Position numbers and translations under genes: made by a program
Shown: positions 9,241 through 20,386 of the stretch, piece after piece
How the letters are laid out: each line of letters opens with the position of its first letter
How positions within the stretch are numbered: the stretch's first letter is position 1
Notes under the pieces: model-generated
Told to the model about the DNA's origin: nothing
Seen by the model: the letters and a program-made list of their open reading frames with translations, nothing else
The model's database searches: none
Assembly (NCBI GenBank): GCA_900547945.1
Contig: URIT01000002.1
Coordinates: forward strand, 28,503-92,502
Reading direction: 5' to 3'
Source of the DNA: an uncultured bacterium
GTDB lineage: Bacteria; Verrucomicrobiota; Kiritimatiellia; RFP12; UBA1067
DNA length: 64,000 nucleotides

Positions 9241-9281
9241 ATCAAAATGGCCCCCATCTGGCAAGTACGCAGACGGGGGCC
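9241..9281 (-). terminator. Candidate rho-independent terminator after clpB
   Basis: Minus-strand GGCCCCC-(19 nt)-GGGGGCC followed by ATTTTGAT, 18 nt after the clpB stop. The loop is long, so confidence is modest. Confidence 0.4.
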
Positions 9282-9298
9282 ACCAAGGCCGCATCGTC

Positions 9299-11824
<2,526 letters not shown>

Positions 11825-11952
11825 GTTTTCGTCTCCTTCGCCCTTTCACAAGCAAGAACCGTGCCAGCGCTCCGAAACGAAATCCCGCAGTTCAAAACGG
11901 CCTGTCAGTGAGCCGAAATGGCATACTGTGCGGGCATGGCGCACACTCCGTT

Positions 11953-12054
11953 GTACCCGCGCCGCCCCGGCGCGTGACGTCAATCTGGGTCCTCCCCCTC
12001 CCTTATGCCTTTTGCAGACCCTTTCTCCGCCACGCGCCGGGGCGGCGCGGGTAC
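11953..12054. repeat. Perfect 24-bp inverted repeat (GTACCCGCGCCGCCCCGGCGCGTG ... CACGCGCCGGGGCGGCGCGGGTAC) with a 54-nt spacer; member of a REP/MITE-like family
   Basis: Arms at 11953-11976 and 12031-12054 are exact reverse complements. Related arms occur at 14292-14366, 29744-29771 and 29999-30026. Confidence 0.9.
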
Positions 12055-12468
12055 ATGTTCCAGACGTGGAAGTGCTTTAGGTCCCTCTCCCAGGATGCGG
12101 CCCTGTGCATCACGGCAGACGGTCTTTCCGAGGTGATCCGCCGTAGACGAACCAATGACTCGCCCGCATGCGTCGTAATAGGTTGTCCTACCGTAGCAGT
12201 CGGTCAGGGCGGATCCCATGTCCCGCCCCTGCGCATCACGGTAGATCGTCTTGCCGTAGCTGTCAGTCAGGGAAGCCCCCACGTTCTCCCCCCGCACATC
12301 GCAGTAGACCGTCCTGCCATAATGATCCTTGGACGCGGTTCTCGGGATCCGCCCCTGTGCATCGCGGCAGATCTGCCGACCCGATGTGGGCCGCAGACCG
12401 GCCACCGTGCAGGCCGCCGCCAGTGTCAGGAATGCCTGAAACAACTCCATCTCTCTCGCTCTCTTCAT
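11980..12468 (-). CDS. Small secreted protein with YD/RHS-like 21-aa repeats (GKTxYRDxxGRxxGSxxTD); its 3' end is encoded by the palindromic repeat element
   Basis: Signal-like [24 protein letters not shown], then repeats [78 protein letters not shown]. Paralogue of 50890-51501. Confidence 0.6.
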   Translation of the reverse strand: MKRAREMELFQAFLTLAAACTVAGLRPTSGRQICRDAQGRIPRTASKDHYGRTVYCDVRGENVGASLTDSYGKTIYRDAQGRDMGSALTDCYGRTTYYDACGRVIGSSTADHLGKTVCRDAQGRILGEGPKALPRLEHVPAPPRRVAEKGSAKGIREGEDPD

Positions 12469-12527
12469 ACCTATTACACGTTGAGAGAGGAGAAATCTTA
12501 CAGGCATTCTGACAAATTATTTTTAAA

Positions 12528-14180
12528 TTATTTTGACGCTTCCACCAGATCGACGTATCCGCCGTTCCATGCGCCGATTTCGGGGATCGTCACCCGGGAC
12601 AGCGCGCCCTCGCGGGAAAGGACGAGCGGAACCGGCGCACGCCGCATCTCGCGCCACACGGCCGTCGCCCCCGCCGGGACGCCGCGAAGGCGCAACGTAA
12701 GCGGGCCCTGCACGTCAATGCGCGTATTGAGCAGCGCCACGGTGCGGAGCGCGCCGGTGGCCGCCGTGACATGCGGCGCCATGAGCCCCACGAACGGCGA
12801 CTCCACGACGGCAGGCGTTCCGCCCACGCGCGCATCAAGCGCATCGCGCAGGGACTGGACGGTCTTCGATCCCGTCGTGCAGACGTCGAGCTTCAGGTCC
12901 GCCGCCGTCAGCGCGCCCAGGCTGCGTCCCACGCCGGGCAGCACGGGAATGCCCGAAAGCGCGAAGCGGTAGAGACGGCCGGGCGCAAGGGCGTCCGCCG
13001 AAAAACCGGCGGGCACCGTCCCCTCGTTCGCCTGTGCGTAACCGACGAGGACGGGGGCGGCCGCCGCAAGCGGCTTCAGGATGGTCCGCGCATAGAGGTC
13101 GTCCGTTTCATAGCGCGTGTCCAGGAGCAGCAGGCTCGTCGAATTGAAGCCGTAGGCGAGTGCGGTGAAGCTCTCGACGAGCGCGCTCTGCGCACTGCGG
13201 CTCCCGTAGGCGCGCGGCCAGCTTTCGACCTCGGGGCACCATGTCCCCACGTCCGGCAGATCGGCGACACGCGCGCGGAAGCGCGCGGCGGTGAGGCTCT
13301 TCACCACCTGGTCCGACGGATTGAGGTCGTAGTAGAAGCCGCCTCCCGGACGCAGCCCCGTCGGCCGTCCGCTCGCCTGCGCAAGCGCCGCCGTGACGGC
13401 GCGCACCGTATCGACCGACCCCTCGTCGAAGCAGTGCTGGTACGCCATCGTCGTTTCGGGCGAGAGCCGGTGGAACGTCTCCGCGATCACGCGCGCGACC
13501 TGCGCGATCGACTGGACGGAAAAGGCCTTCCAGCGGGCGGCGAGCGCGGCATCCCGCGCCAACGCCGCATCGAGCGACGTCCGCGTCCAGTTCCCGCCCG
13601 TCTCCGCGTTGAACGCCGCCAGGCAGGTTGCGCACCAGCAGCCGAGGCGGGACTTCACCGTTGCGGGGGCGTGGTTGGAGATGCGCAGGTCGTCGTCGAT
13701 CCACACGCTGCCCGGACGGAACGCCGCGTAGATCCGCGCCATCTCGCGGACGTAGGCGAGAAAGGCGGGCTGGCGCGGACAGTTGCAGTACCGGTCCTCG
13801 ACGCCCGTCGACCCGGTCCACCCCGTCCAGTCCTTCGCCGAACAGTCCTCGCTCGCGGAAATGGCGTCGGAATGCCCCAGCGTCGCCTGGAACTGGAGGC
13901 TCGGCATCACGCCGATCTTCCGCAGGTCCCCGGCCGCCTTCACGAGGCGCGCCGCCTGGGCGCGGTGCCAGGCGAGCGGCGGCACGCCGATTCCCGTCGA
14001 GAACCACACTTCGTCGCAGCAACCGGGGTTCGCCGCGAGCGCCCCATAGGTCGCCCGCCATTGCTCCTCCGTCGCCGTATGGGGGCCCCGCAGCCGCAAC
14101 GACATGCGCGGCGTGGCCGCCACCGCCACACCCGAAACGACCAGCGCGCACAGGGTTCCGAACAGGTTCTTTCTCATCAT
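12528..14180 (-). CDS. Secreted hypothetical protein (about 550 aa), family not recognised
   Basis: Signal peptide MMRKNLFGTLCALVVSGVAVAA. Long ORF with coding-like composition. The N-terminal 97 codons of ORF 12528..14471 read through repeat DNA and were trimmed. Confidence 0.65.
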   Translation of the reverse strand: MMRKNLFGTLCALVVSGVAVAATPRMSLRLRGPHTATEEQWRATYGALAANPGCCDEVWFSTGIGVPPLAWHRAQAARLVKAAGDLRKIGVMPSLQFQATLGHSDAISASEDCSAKDWTGWTGSTGVEDRYCNCPRQPAFLAYVREMARIYAAFRPGSVWIDDDLRISNHAPATVKSRLGCWCATCLAAFNAETGGNWTRTSLDAALARDAALAARWKAFSVQSIAQVARVIAETFHRLSPETTMAYQHCFDEGSVDTVRAVTAALAQASGRPTGLRPGGGFYYDLNPSDQVVKSLTAARFRARVADLPDVGTWCPEVESWPRAYGSRSAQSALVESFTALAYGFNSTSLLLLDTRYETDDLYARTILKPLAAAAPVLVGYAQANEGTVPAGFSADALAPGRLYRFALSGIPVLPGVGRSLGALTAADLKLDVCTTGSKTVQSLRDALDARVGGTPAVVESPFVGLMAPHVTAATGALRTVALLNTRIDVQGPLTLRLRGVPAGATAVWREMRRAPVPLVLSREGALSRVTIPEIGAWNGGYVDLVEASK

Positions 14181-14291
14181 GTCCTCATCCTTTAGATCAT
14201 ACGTTTCATCATCCGTGTTTCGACAGTTTACACAAATCACGGCATCCCGGCAACAGGGCACCCCGGACGCGCGTGGTGTCCGAACGCGAAG

Positions 14292-14413
14292 GACCCGCGC
14301 CGCCCTCGGCGCGTGGCGTCCGAACGGGCCGCCCCACAGCGCCACGCACCGAGGGCGGCGCGGGTATTTCGCGTGCCGGGCCGTCCGGACGCGCAGGAGC
14401 GCGTCCCTCCCGT
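14292..14413. repeat. REP/MITE-like palindromic element (same family as 11953-12054 and 29744-30076)
   Basis: GACCCGCGCCGCCCTCGGCGCGTGGCG / GCCACGCACCGAGGGCGGCGCGGGTA form inverted arms. The following tail TTCGCGTGCCGGGCC...GCGCAGGAGCGCGTCCCTCCCGTA is shared with 29772-29822 and 29963-29982. Confidence 0.75.
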
Positions 14414-14416
14414 AGC

Positions 14417-14451
14417 TAAAACCTAAAACCTGAAACCTGAAACCTGAAACC
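14417..14451. repeat. Five tandem heptamers AAAACCT/GAAACCT
   Basis: aaaacctaaaacctgaaacctgaaacctgaaacct read directly. The reverse-complement array is at 29180-29207. Confidence 0.85.
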
Positions 14452-14488
14452 TGGGCCCCGTGCGGGTGCATCGCAGCGAACGGAAATA

Positions 14489-14503
14489 TGGTATCATATC
14501 GCC
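14489..14503 (+). promoter_or_regulatory. Candidate extended -10 promoter (TGgTATCAT) positioned for a leaderless pyrC mRNA
   Basis: tatgGTATCATatcgccATG: the TATCAT hexamer sits at -12..-7 and TG at -15/-14 relative to the A of the ATG. No Shine-Dalgarno is present. Confidence 0.35.
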
Positions 14504-15673
14504 ATGTTTGAAGAAGTGCTCAGGGAGTTCAACGATCCACGCCGCTACTTCGTCGTGCCGGGCGGCCTGCGCGACGTCCACGTCCATTTCCGCGACCCGG
14601 GCCAGCCGGAGGCCGAGACGCGCGCGACGGGCGCGGCGGCGGCGGCGGCGGGCGGCTTCACCTGCGTCACCACGATGCCGAACACGACCCCCGCCGGCGA
14701 CACGTCCGCCTGGCTGCGCGAGCAGATCGAAGATACCGCCCTTCCCGTGCGCATCGCCCCCTCGGCCTGCATCACGAAGGGACGGCTCGGCCGGGAGGTC
14801 GCCGACCTGGAGGCGCTGGCCACCGCCGGGGCCGTCGCGTTCACGGACGACGGTTCGTTCGTCGAGGACGCCCATGTGATGGAGGCGGCCATGCGCCGCG
14901 CCGCAAAGCTCCACCGCCCCGTCATGCAGCACGCCCTCGCGCCCGCCCGCGCGGCGGGCGGCGTCCTGCGCGACGCGCCCGTCGCCCGCCGTTTCCACCT
15001 TCCCACCCTGCCGCCCGCCGCCGAGATCGAGGCCGTGCGGCGCGACATCGCCCTCTGCCGCGTGACGGGCTGCGCCCTCCACATCCAGCACATCTCCTGC
15101 GCGGGGACGGTCGCGCTCATCCGCGACGCCCAACGCGAGGGGCTTCCCGTCACCGGCGAGGCGACCCCGCACCACCTGCTCCTCTCCTGCGACGACATCC
15201 CCGGCGACGACGCGAACTGGAAGATGGCCCCGCCCCTCGGTTCCCGCGAAGACGTCGCCGCGCTCCGCGCCGCCGTCAAGGACGGCACGATCGGCGTTCT
15301 CGCGACCGACCACGCACCCCATTCCGCCGCACGCAAGGCGGGCGGCTTCCGCGCGGGCGCGAACGGCATCGTGGGCCTCGAAACCGCCGCCGCCATCACC
15401 TGGCAGGTCCTCGTCGTCGAAGAGGGCATGGCCCCCGCCGACTGGGTGGCGCGCTGGACGACCGGCCCCGCCGCCCTGCTCGGCGAAGAGATTGCCGACC
15501 CCGCCGCCAACTTCACGGTCCTCGACCTCCACGCGGGGAAGGCCGTCGATCCGGAAACCTTCAACACCCGCTCCACCAACCAGCCGTTCACGGGCATGCG
15601 CTTCGACGCCTGGCCCGTCCTGACGGCCTTCAACGGAAGGATCACCTGGAATGGACAGAACGTTCTTCGATAA
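14504..15673 (+). CDS. pyrC: Dihydroorotase (amidohydrolase superfamily)
   Basis: DVHVHFRDPG, TTMPNT, ...VLATDHAPH. 389 aa. Confidence 0.88.
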   Translation: MFEEVLREFNDPRRYFVVPGGLRDVHVHFRDPGQPEAETRATGAAAAAAGGFTCVTTMPNTTPAGDTSAWLREQIEDTALPVRIAPSACITKGRLGREVADLEALATAGAVAFTDDGSFVEDAHVMEAAMRRAAKLHRPVMQHALAPARAAGGVLRDAPVARRFHLPTLPPAAEIEAVRRDIALCRVTGCALHIQHISCAGTVALIRDAQREGLPVTGEATPHHLLLSCDDIPGDDANWKMAPPLGSREDVAALRAAVKDGTIGVLATDHAPHSAARKAGGFRAGANGIVGLETAAAITWQVLVVEEGMAPADWVARWTTGPAALLGEEIADPAANFTVLDLHAGKAVDPETFNTRSTNQPFTGMRFDAWPVLTAFNGRITWNGQNVLR

Positions 15674-16469
15674 AGCCGCCGCCGCGCTTCCCGATGCCTG
15701 CTTCACCCGCCCGCCCGACCTCGCCATCGTGCTGGGCAGCGGTTGGGGCGACGCGCTCACGTGCGACAGGACGCTCGTGCGCATCCCGTATTCGGACATC
15801 CCCGGGTTCGGCGTCCCCACCGTCGCCGGGCACGCCGGCGAACTGCGCCTCTACCAGCGCGGCGGACGGCGCGTCCTCGCGTTCTGCGGCCGGCGCCACT
15901 GGTACGAGGGCGTCGGCTGGGAGGCCGTCGTCCTCCCCGTCGAACTCGCCCGGCGCATGGGCTGCGGAAAACTTCTGCTGACCAATGCGTCCGGCGGACT
16001 CAACCCCGCGCTCCGCCCCGGCGACTTCGTGATCCTGCGCGACCACATCAACACCGTCGGCCTCAACCCGCTCATCGGTCCGCACAACCCCGACTGGGGC
16101 CCCCGCTTCCCGGACATGACGGCCGTCTACACGCAGCACCTGCGCGACGTCCTCCACGCCGCCGCCAACCGCCGCGCGCTGCGCGTGATGGAGGGCATCT
16201 ACGCCTTCACCTCCGGACCCGTCTTCGAGACGCCGGCGGAAATCCACATGTACGGCCACATGGGCGCGGACGTCGTGGGCATGAGCACCGTCCCCGAAGC
16301 CGTCTTCGCCCACGCCTGCGGCCTCCAGGTCGCTGGGCTCGCCCTCGTCTCGAATCTCGCCGCCGGCATCTCCCCCTCCCCGCTTTGCCACGAGGAGGTG
16401 CTGGCCGCCTCGCAGGCGGCCAAGCCCGCGATGGCCGACCTCATCGACGACTTCGTGGCGGCATGCTAG
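15651..16469 (+). CDS. Purine nucleoside phosphorylase (trimeric PNP/PunA type)
   Basis: LGSGWG, VAGHAGEL, LLLTNASGGLNP, FETPAEI..., GADVVGMSTVPE. Overlaps the pyrC 3' end by 23 nt. Confidence 0.9.
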   Translation: MDRTFFDKAAAALPDACFTRPPDLAIVLGSGWGDALTCDRTLVRIPYSDIPGFGVPTVAGHAGELRLYQRGGRRVLAFCGRRHWYEGVGWEAVVLPVELARRMGCGKLLLTNASGGLNPALRPGDFVILRDHINTVGLNPLIGPHNPDWGPRFPDMTAVYTQHLRDVLHAAANRRALRVMEGIYAFTSGPVFETPAEIHMYGHMGADVVGMSTVPEAVFAHACGLQVAGLALVSNLAAGISPSPLCHEEVLAASQAAKPAMADLIDDFVAAC

Positions 16470-16482
16470 CGGAATAGGGGCC

Positions 16483-17715
16483 TCACGGTTCGCGCGGGAA
16501 GATCACGAACGCGGGGAAACCCTTGATGCCGAGACCGGCGAAGTCCTTCAGCTTCTGGAAGGCGGCGGGATCTTCGGCCTGAAGGCGCACGACCGTGAAC
16601 GGCGCGAGCGCCCGGACGACCTCGGGGGCGCGGAAGGTCGTCCGCTCCATCGCGAGGCAGTTCTTGCACCAGGAGGCCCACACGTCCACGAACACGGGCC
16701 GCCCTTTCGCCTGTGCCCCGGCGAACACGGCCTCCCACGTCTCCGGCGTCGCCGCAAGGTGGTCGGCCGCCGTCTCCGCCGCCGGGCCCCGGAATCCCGT
16801 CCACGCAAGCCGCCCGTACCAAACGGCCATGCCGAAGAGGACGAGGGCGAAGATGCGGTTCACCCAGCGCATCCACGCTCCGGGCTTCGGTAGAACGGAG
16901 AGTCCGGCGGCGGCGAACGGCCAGGGGAGGCCCATGCCGACGCCGAGGATGAACGGCAGCACGACCGCCCAGGTCTTCCCCGCCGCGCACCACTTCGCGG
17001 TCAGCACGAGCGTCGCGAGCAGGATCGGCTCCACGCACGCGCCCGCAAGGACCGCCGCCCCCACGCCAAGCAGGAAGACACCGCCCAGCCCGCGCACCCG
17101 TCCGCCCGTCCCCGTCACGCGCAACCGGTATTTCGTGAAGTCGATGAAGAACACCTCGCCCATCGCAAGGCCCAGCACCGTGAAGACGACGGCGACGAAG
17201 GCGTTGAACCACGGGTTCGACTGGATGGCGCCGAACGCAAGCCCTCCGAACGCCGCCGCAAGCCCCAGCGAACCGTAGGCGAGCGCGATGCCGAGCCCAT
17301 AGGCCGCACCGCGCCGCCAACCCCGCCCGACAAGGACGAGGTTGACCGGCACAAGCGGCAGCACGCAGGGCGTGAGGTTCGCGGCGAGCCCCCCCAGCAG
17401 CACGAGCAAAAGGACGACGGCGAGGGAATGGCGCGCGAGCGGGGCGTCGGCATCGGCCGCGGGTCCGCCGCGAAGGAAGGCGAGAAAGGCGTCGGGCTTC
17501 ATGTAGCCCATCGCGACGCGCGGAGCGGACGCATCGGCCCCATGTTCCTCCTGCAGGGCCCGCGCGATCGTCTCGGACGAAACGCCGGCGGCGCGCGCCG
17601 CCGCCTCGGAGGGATAGCAGATCCCCTCCAGGCACACCGGCCGGGCAAACGCGCAGAGGCACGCGCAGAGACCTGCAAGGAGAAGCGCGCGCATCTTCAG
17701 GGCGGGGGCGCTCAT
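16483..17715 (-). CDS. DsbD-like thiol:disulfide interchange protein (CcdA-type membrane domain plus C-terminal thioredoxin fold)
   Basis: LTPCVLPLVPV membrane Cys motif and C-terminal VDVWASWCKNC (CxxC). 4-nt overlap with the upstream gene. Confidence 0.85.
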   Translation of the reverse strand: MSAPALKMRALLLAGLCACLCAFARPVCLEGICYPSEAAARAAGVSSETIARALQEEHGADASAPRVAMGYMKPDAFLAFLRGGPAADADAPLARHSLAVVLLLVLLGGLAANLTPCVLPLVPVNLVLVGRGWRRGAAYGLGIALAYGSLGLAAAFGGLAFGAIQSNPWFNAFVAVVFTVLGLAMGEVFFIDFTKYRLRVTGTGGRVRGLGGVFLLGVGAAVLAGACVEPILLATLVLTAKWCAAGKTWAVVLPFILGVGMGLPWPFAAAGLSVLPKPGAWMRWVNRIFALVLFGMAVWYGRLAWTGFRGPAAETAADHLAATPETWEAVFAGAQAKGRPVFVDVWASWCKNCLAMERTTFRAPEVVRALAPFTVVRLQAEDPAAFQKLKDFAGLGIKGFPAFVIFPREP

Positions 17716-18782
17716 CGGCAGACCCCCAGCGTGAGGACCGCGAAGGAGGTGGCGAGCACGGGGTCGTTCTCCCAGAAGCGGTTGTTGTCGTTCACCCAGC
17801 TGCCGTCCGGCCTCTGGAGCGCCAGCAGCTTCGCGGCGAGCTCGCGCCGCCAGTCAACGCGGCGGCCGTCGGGCTGCACCAGCTCGGCGACGCCCGCGAC
17901 GGAGAGGGCGCGCGCGAGGATGTCGTAGTAGTAGTAGAGGCCCTGGCTGCCCATGCCGGGGTTCTCGTCCACGGTCCAGAACCGCGAACAGTAGTCGAGT
18001 GCGCTCTTCACGCGGGGATCGGACCGCGTGAGCTTCGCGTGGCACATCGAGAGAACGGCCGCGTAGCTCATCGAGCCGTAGGCGCGCAGCGCGACGCGCC
18101 CGGACCGGTTCGTCTCCGTGCCCGCCTGCGCCGTGCGGAGGTTGTACGCGGCACCCCCCGCGCGCTCCCCCTGCGTCTCCTGGAGGCGCGTCACGAACTG
18201 GAGCGCCTTCTCCCAGTTGAGGTCCGCGCGCGTCTCGCCCTTCGGACGGAAGTCCTCGGCCCCCTCGGTGCGGCGCATCGCGTCGAGCGCGTAGGACGTG
18301 TTCGAGAGGTCCGCGTAGCGCCGGCGCGACGCGCGGTCGTAGCCGAACCCGCCCGCCATCGTGTCGTCGCCCGTGAGCTGGCTGCCGGCGATGTACGTGC
18401 GCGCGGCGAGGATCGCCTTCATCGGGGCGAGCCCGCTCTCGAAGAGCGCGCTCAGGCAGACGCTCGTGTTGTAGTTCCCGAGCCCCGAGCCGCCGCGCCC
18501 GGGCTTCGGCACGTAGAAGCCGCCGTCGGGACGCTGCGTGGAGAGGACGAACGCGGCCGCCTTCTTCGCGCCCTCCGTCCTCCCCTCGCCGCCGCAGACG
18601 AACGCCCAGAGCGGCAGGGCCGTGAGGGCGGGCATGTGGGGGTCGCTGAAGTGGCCGTCCGCCTCCTGCTGCGTCCTGAGGAAGGCGACGCCGCGCGCGA
18701 TGGCGGCGGCGACATCCTTCTTCCCCTCCGCGTAGACGCACCCGCACACGGCGAGCATGCAGACCAGAATCGTCTTTTTCAT
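17712..18782 (-). CDS. Secreted prenyltransferase/squalene-oxidase-repeat (terpenoid-cyclase-like) protein
   Basis: Signal peptide. Repeated Q(x)2DG(G/S)(F/W) motifs (QQEADGHF, QRPDGGFY, QRPDGSW). Confidence 0.75.
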   Translation of the reverse strand: MKKTILVCMLAVCGCVYAEGKKDVAAAIARGVAFLRTQQEADGHFSDPHMPALTALPLWAFVCGGEGRTEGAKKAAAFVLSTQRPDGGFYVPKPGRGGSGLGNYNTSVCLSALFESGLAPMKAILAARTYIAGSQLTGDDTMAGGFGYDRASRRRYADLSNTSYALDAMRRTEGAEDFRPKGETRADLNWEKALQFVTRLQETQGERAGGAAYNLRTAQAGTETNRSGRVALRAYGSMSYAAVLSMCHAKLTRSDPRVKSALDYCSRFWTVDENPGMGSQGLYYYYDILARALSVAGVAELVQPDGRRVDWRRELAAKLLALQRPDGSWVNDNNRFWENDPVLATSFAVLTLGVCR

Positions 18783-18828
18783 CTTGAATCTCCTTCGAGG
18801 GATTGAACGCGCCGCCGGACGGGAAGGT

Positions 18829-20382
18829 TCAGAAGAGCGGGTCCTGCGTGAGGTTGACGGGCGCGTCGCCGGGGAGGGCGAACGCCTCGCCCGGCACCTC
18901 CATCACCTCCTCGGCCGTCGCGGCGTCGGCCTCGGCGGTCTCGGCGTCCTGCGCCTTCTGTCCGCGCGTTCCCGGCTTGCGGTCGCCGAAGCGCGTGCCC
19001 TGCTTGTAGAAGTTGAGGTCGACCTCGCCCGTTTCGCCGTTTCGGTTCTTCGCCACGTCCACGATCGCGAGCAGTTCGTCGTCGTGCCACTGGGCGGTCT
19101 TCGAGCGGCAGGGGCGGCGCAGCAGGAAGACCATGTCGGCGTCCTGCTCGATGGCGCCCGAGTCGCGTAGGTGCGAGAGCTTCGGCACCTCGTCCTTGTC
19201 GTCCCCCTTCTCGTTCGCGCGGGAGAGCTGCGAGAGGACGATGACCGGCACCTTCAGCTCCTTCGCCATCGCCTTGATCTGGCCCGAGATGCGGCTCGTC
19301 TCCAGCTGGCGACCCTGGCGGGCGAACTCGCGGCAGTTCGCAAGCTGCAGATAGTCGATCACGATGAGTTCGATGTTGTGCATCCGCTTCATGCGGCGCG
19401 CGCGCGCGCGCATGTCGGAGACGTCGATGGCGCTCGTGTCGTCGATGTAGATGGGCGCGCCGCGCAGGGCGCCCATCGCGCTCATCAGGCGCTGGCTCGC
19501 CTCGACGCGCTGGTCGTGGGTGAGGAGGCCGCGCTGGAGGCGCCAGGTGTCCACGCCGGCGCGGCCCGCGAGCATGCGCTTGGCGAGGGATTCCGTGCTC
19601 ATTTCGAGGGAGAACATCAGGACCGCGTGCGGGCGGTTGTGTTCGCCCTTCATCGGCATGCCGTTGATGTCCTGCCCGAGCGCGATGCACTCGGCGATGT
19701 TCATCGCAAGCGAGGTCTTGCCGACGGACGGGCGGGCGGCGACGACGATCATGTCCCCCGCCTTCAGCCCCATGATCTTCTCGTCGAGGTACTTGAAGCC
19801 CGTCGGCAGGCCGTCGAACTGGTCGGCGCCGCCGTCGAAGAGGCGGTCCATTGCCTTGAACGTCGCCTCCACCGCCGTCTTCCAGTCCGCCCGCACCGTG
19901 GTGGACCCGCCGATTTCGAGGAAGTTCTTCTCGACCTCGCCGAGCAGGATGTCCGCGTTCGCGCTCTGCGCCTCGTCGAAGCACTTCGCCTCGGTCTCGC
20001 GGGCACGCTGGATCATCGTGCGCAGCAGGTGCTTCTGCCGCACGATGTCGATGTAGTATTCGGCGTGCGCGCTCGTGGGCGTGTTGTCGACGAGGGCCTG
20101 GATGGCGGCCACGCCGCCCACGGCGTCGAGCCGCCCCGTCGCGCGCAGGCGGTCCGTCAGCGTCACCGCGTCGATGGGCGTGGAGGCGCCGCTCATCTCG
20201 CGGAAGGTCTCGTAGAGGATGCGGTTGCGGGGCTCGTAGAAGGATTCGGGCGTGAGCCCGCGCGCCAGACAGAGGTCCAGCACGCGGGCGTCTTCGCCGA
20301 ACTGGGTGTCGAGCAGGATCGAACCGATGATGCCCCGCTCGGCCTCCGCGCTGTGAGGAGGCGTCTTCAGTTCGTCCGCCAC
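18829..20382 (-). CDS. dnaB: Replicative DNA helicase DnaB (with about 70-aa acidic C-terminal extension)
   Basis: PHSAEAERGIIGSILLD, VVAARPSVGKTSLAMNIA, IVIDYLQL, ALSQLSR. GTG start. Confidence 0.95.
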   Translation of the reverse strand: MADELKTPPHSAEAERGIIGSILLDTQFGEDARVLDLCLARGLTPESFYEPRNRILYETFREMSGASTPIDAVTLTDRLRATGRLDAVGGVAAIQALVDNTPTSAHAEYYIDIVRQKHLLRTMIQRARETEAKCFDEAQSANADILLGEVEKNFLEIGGSTTVRADWKTAVEATFKAMDRLFDGGADQFDGLPTGFKYLDEKIMGLKAGDMIVVAARPSVGKTSLAMNIAECIALGQDINGMPMKGEHNRPHAVLMFSLEMSTESLAKRMLAGRAGVDTWRLQRGLLTHDQRVEASQRLMSAMGALRGAPIYIDDTSAIDVSDMRARARRMKRMHNIELIVIDYLQLANCREFARQGRQLETSRISGQIKAMAKELKVPVIVLSQLSRANEKGDDKDEVPKLSHLRDSGAIEQDADMVFLLRRPCRSKTAQWHDDELLAIVDVAKNRNGETGEVDLNFYKQGTRFGDRKPGTRGQKAQDAETAEADAATAEEVMEVPGEAFALPGDAPVNLTQDPLF

Positions 20383-20386
20383 GTCC

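Noticed and set aside
12528-14471. N-terminal 97 codons of the 647-aa ORF (MHPHGAQVSGFRFQVLGF...GRDALLRVR...)
   Set aside because: This part is translated from the heptamer array and the REP-like element. A proper signal peptide starts at the internal ATG 14178-14180.
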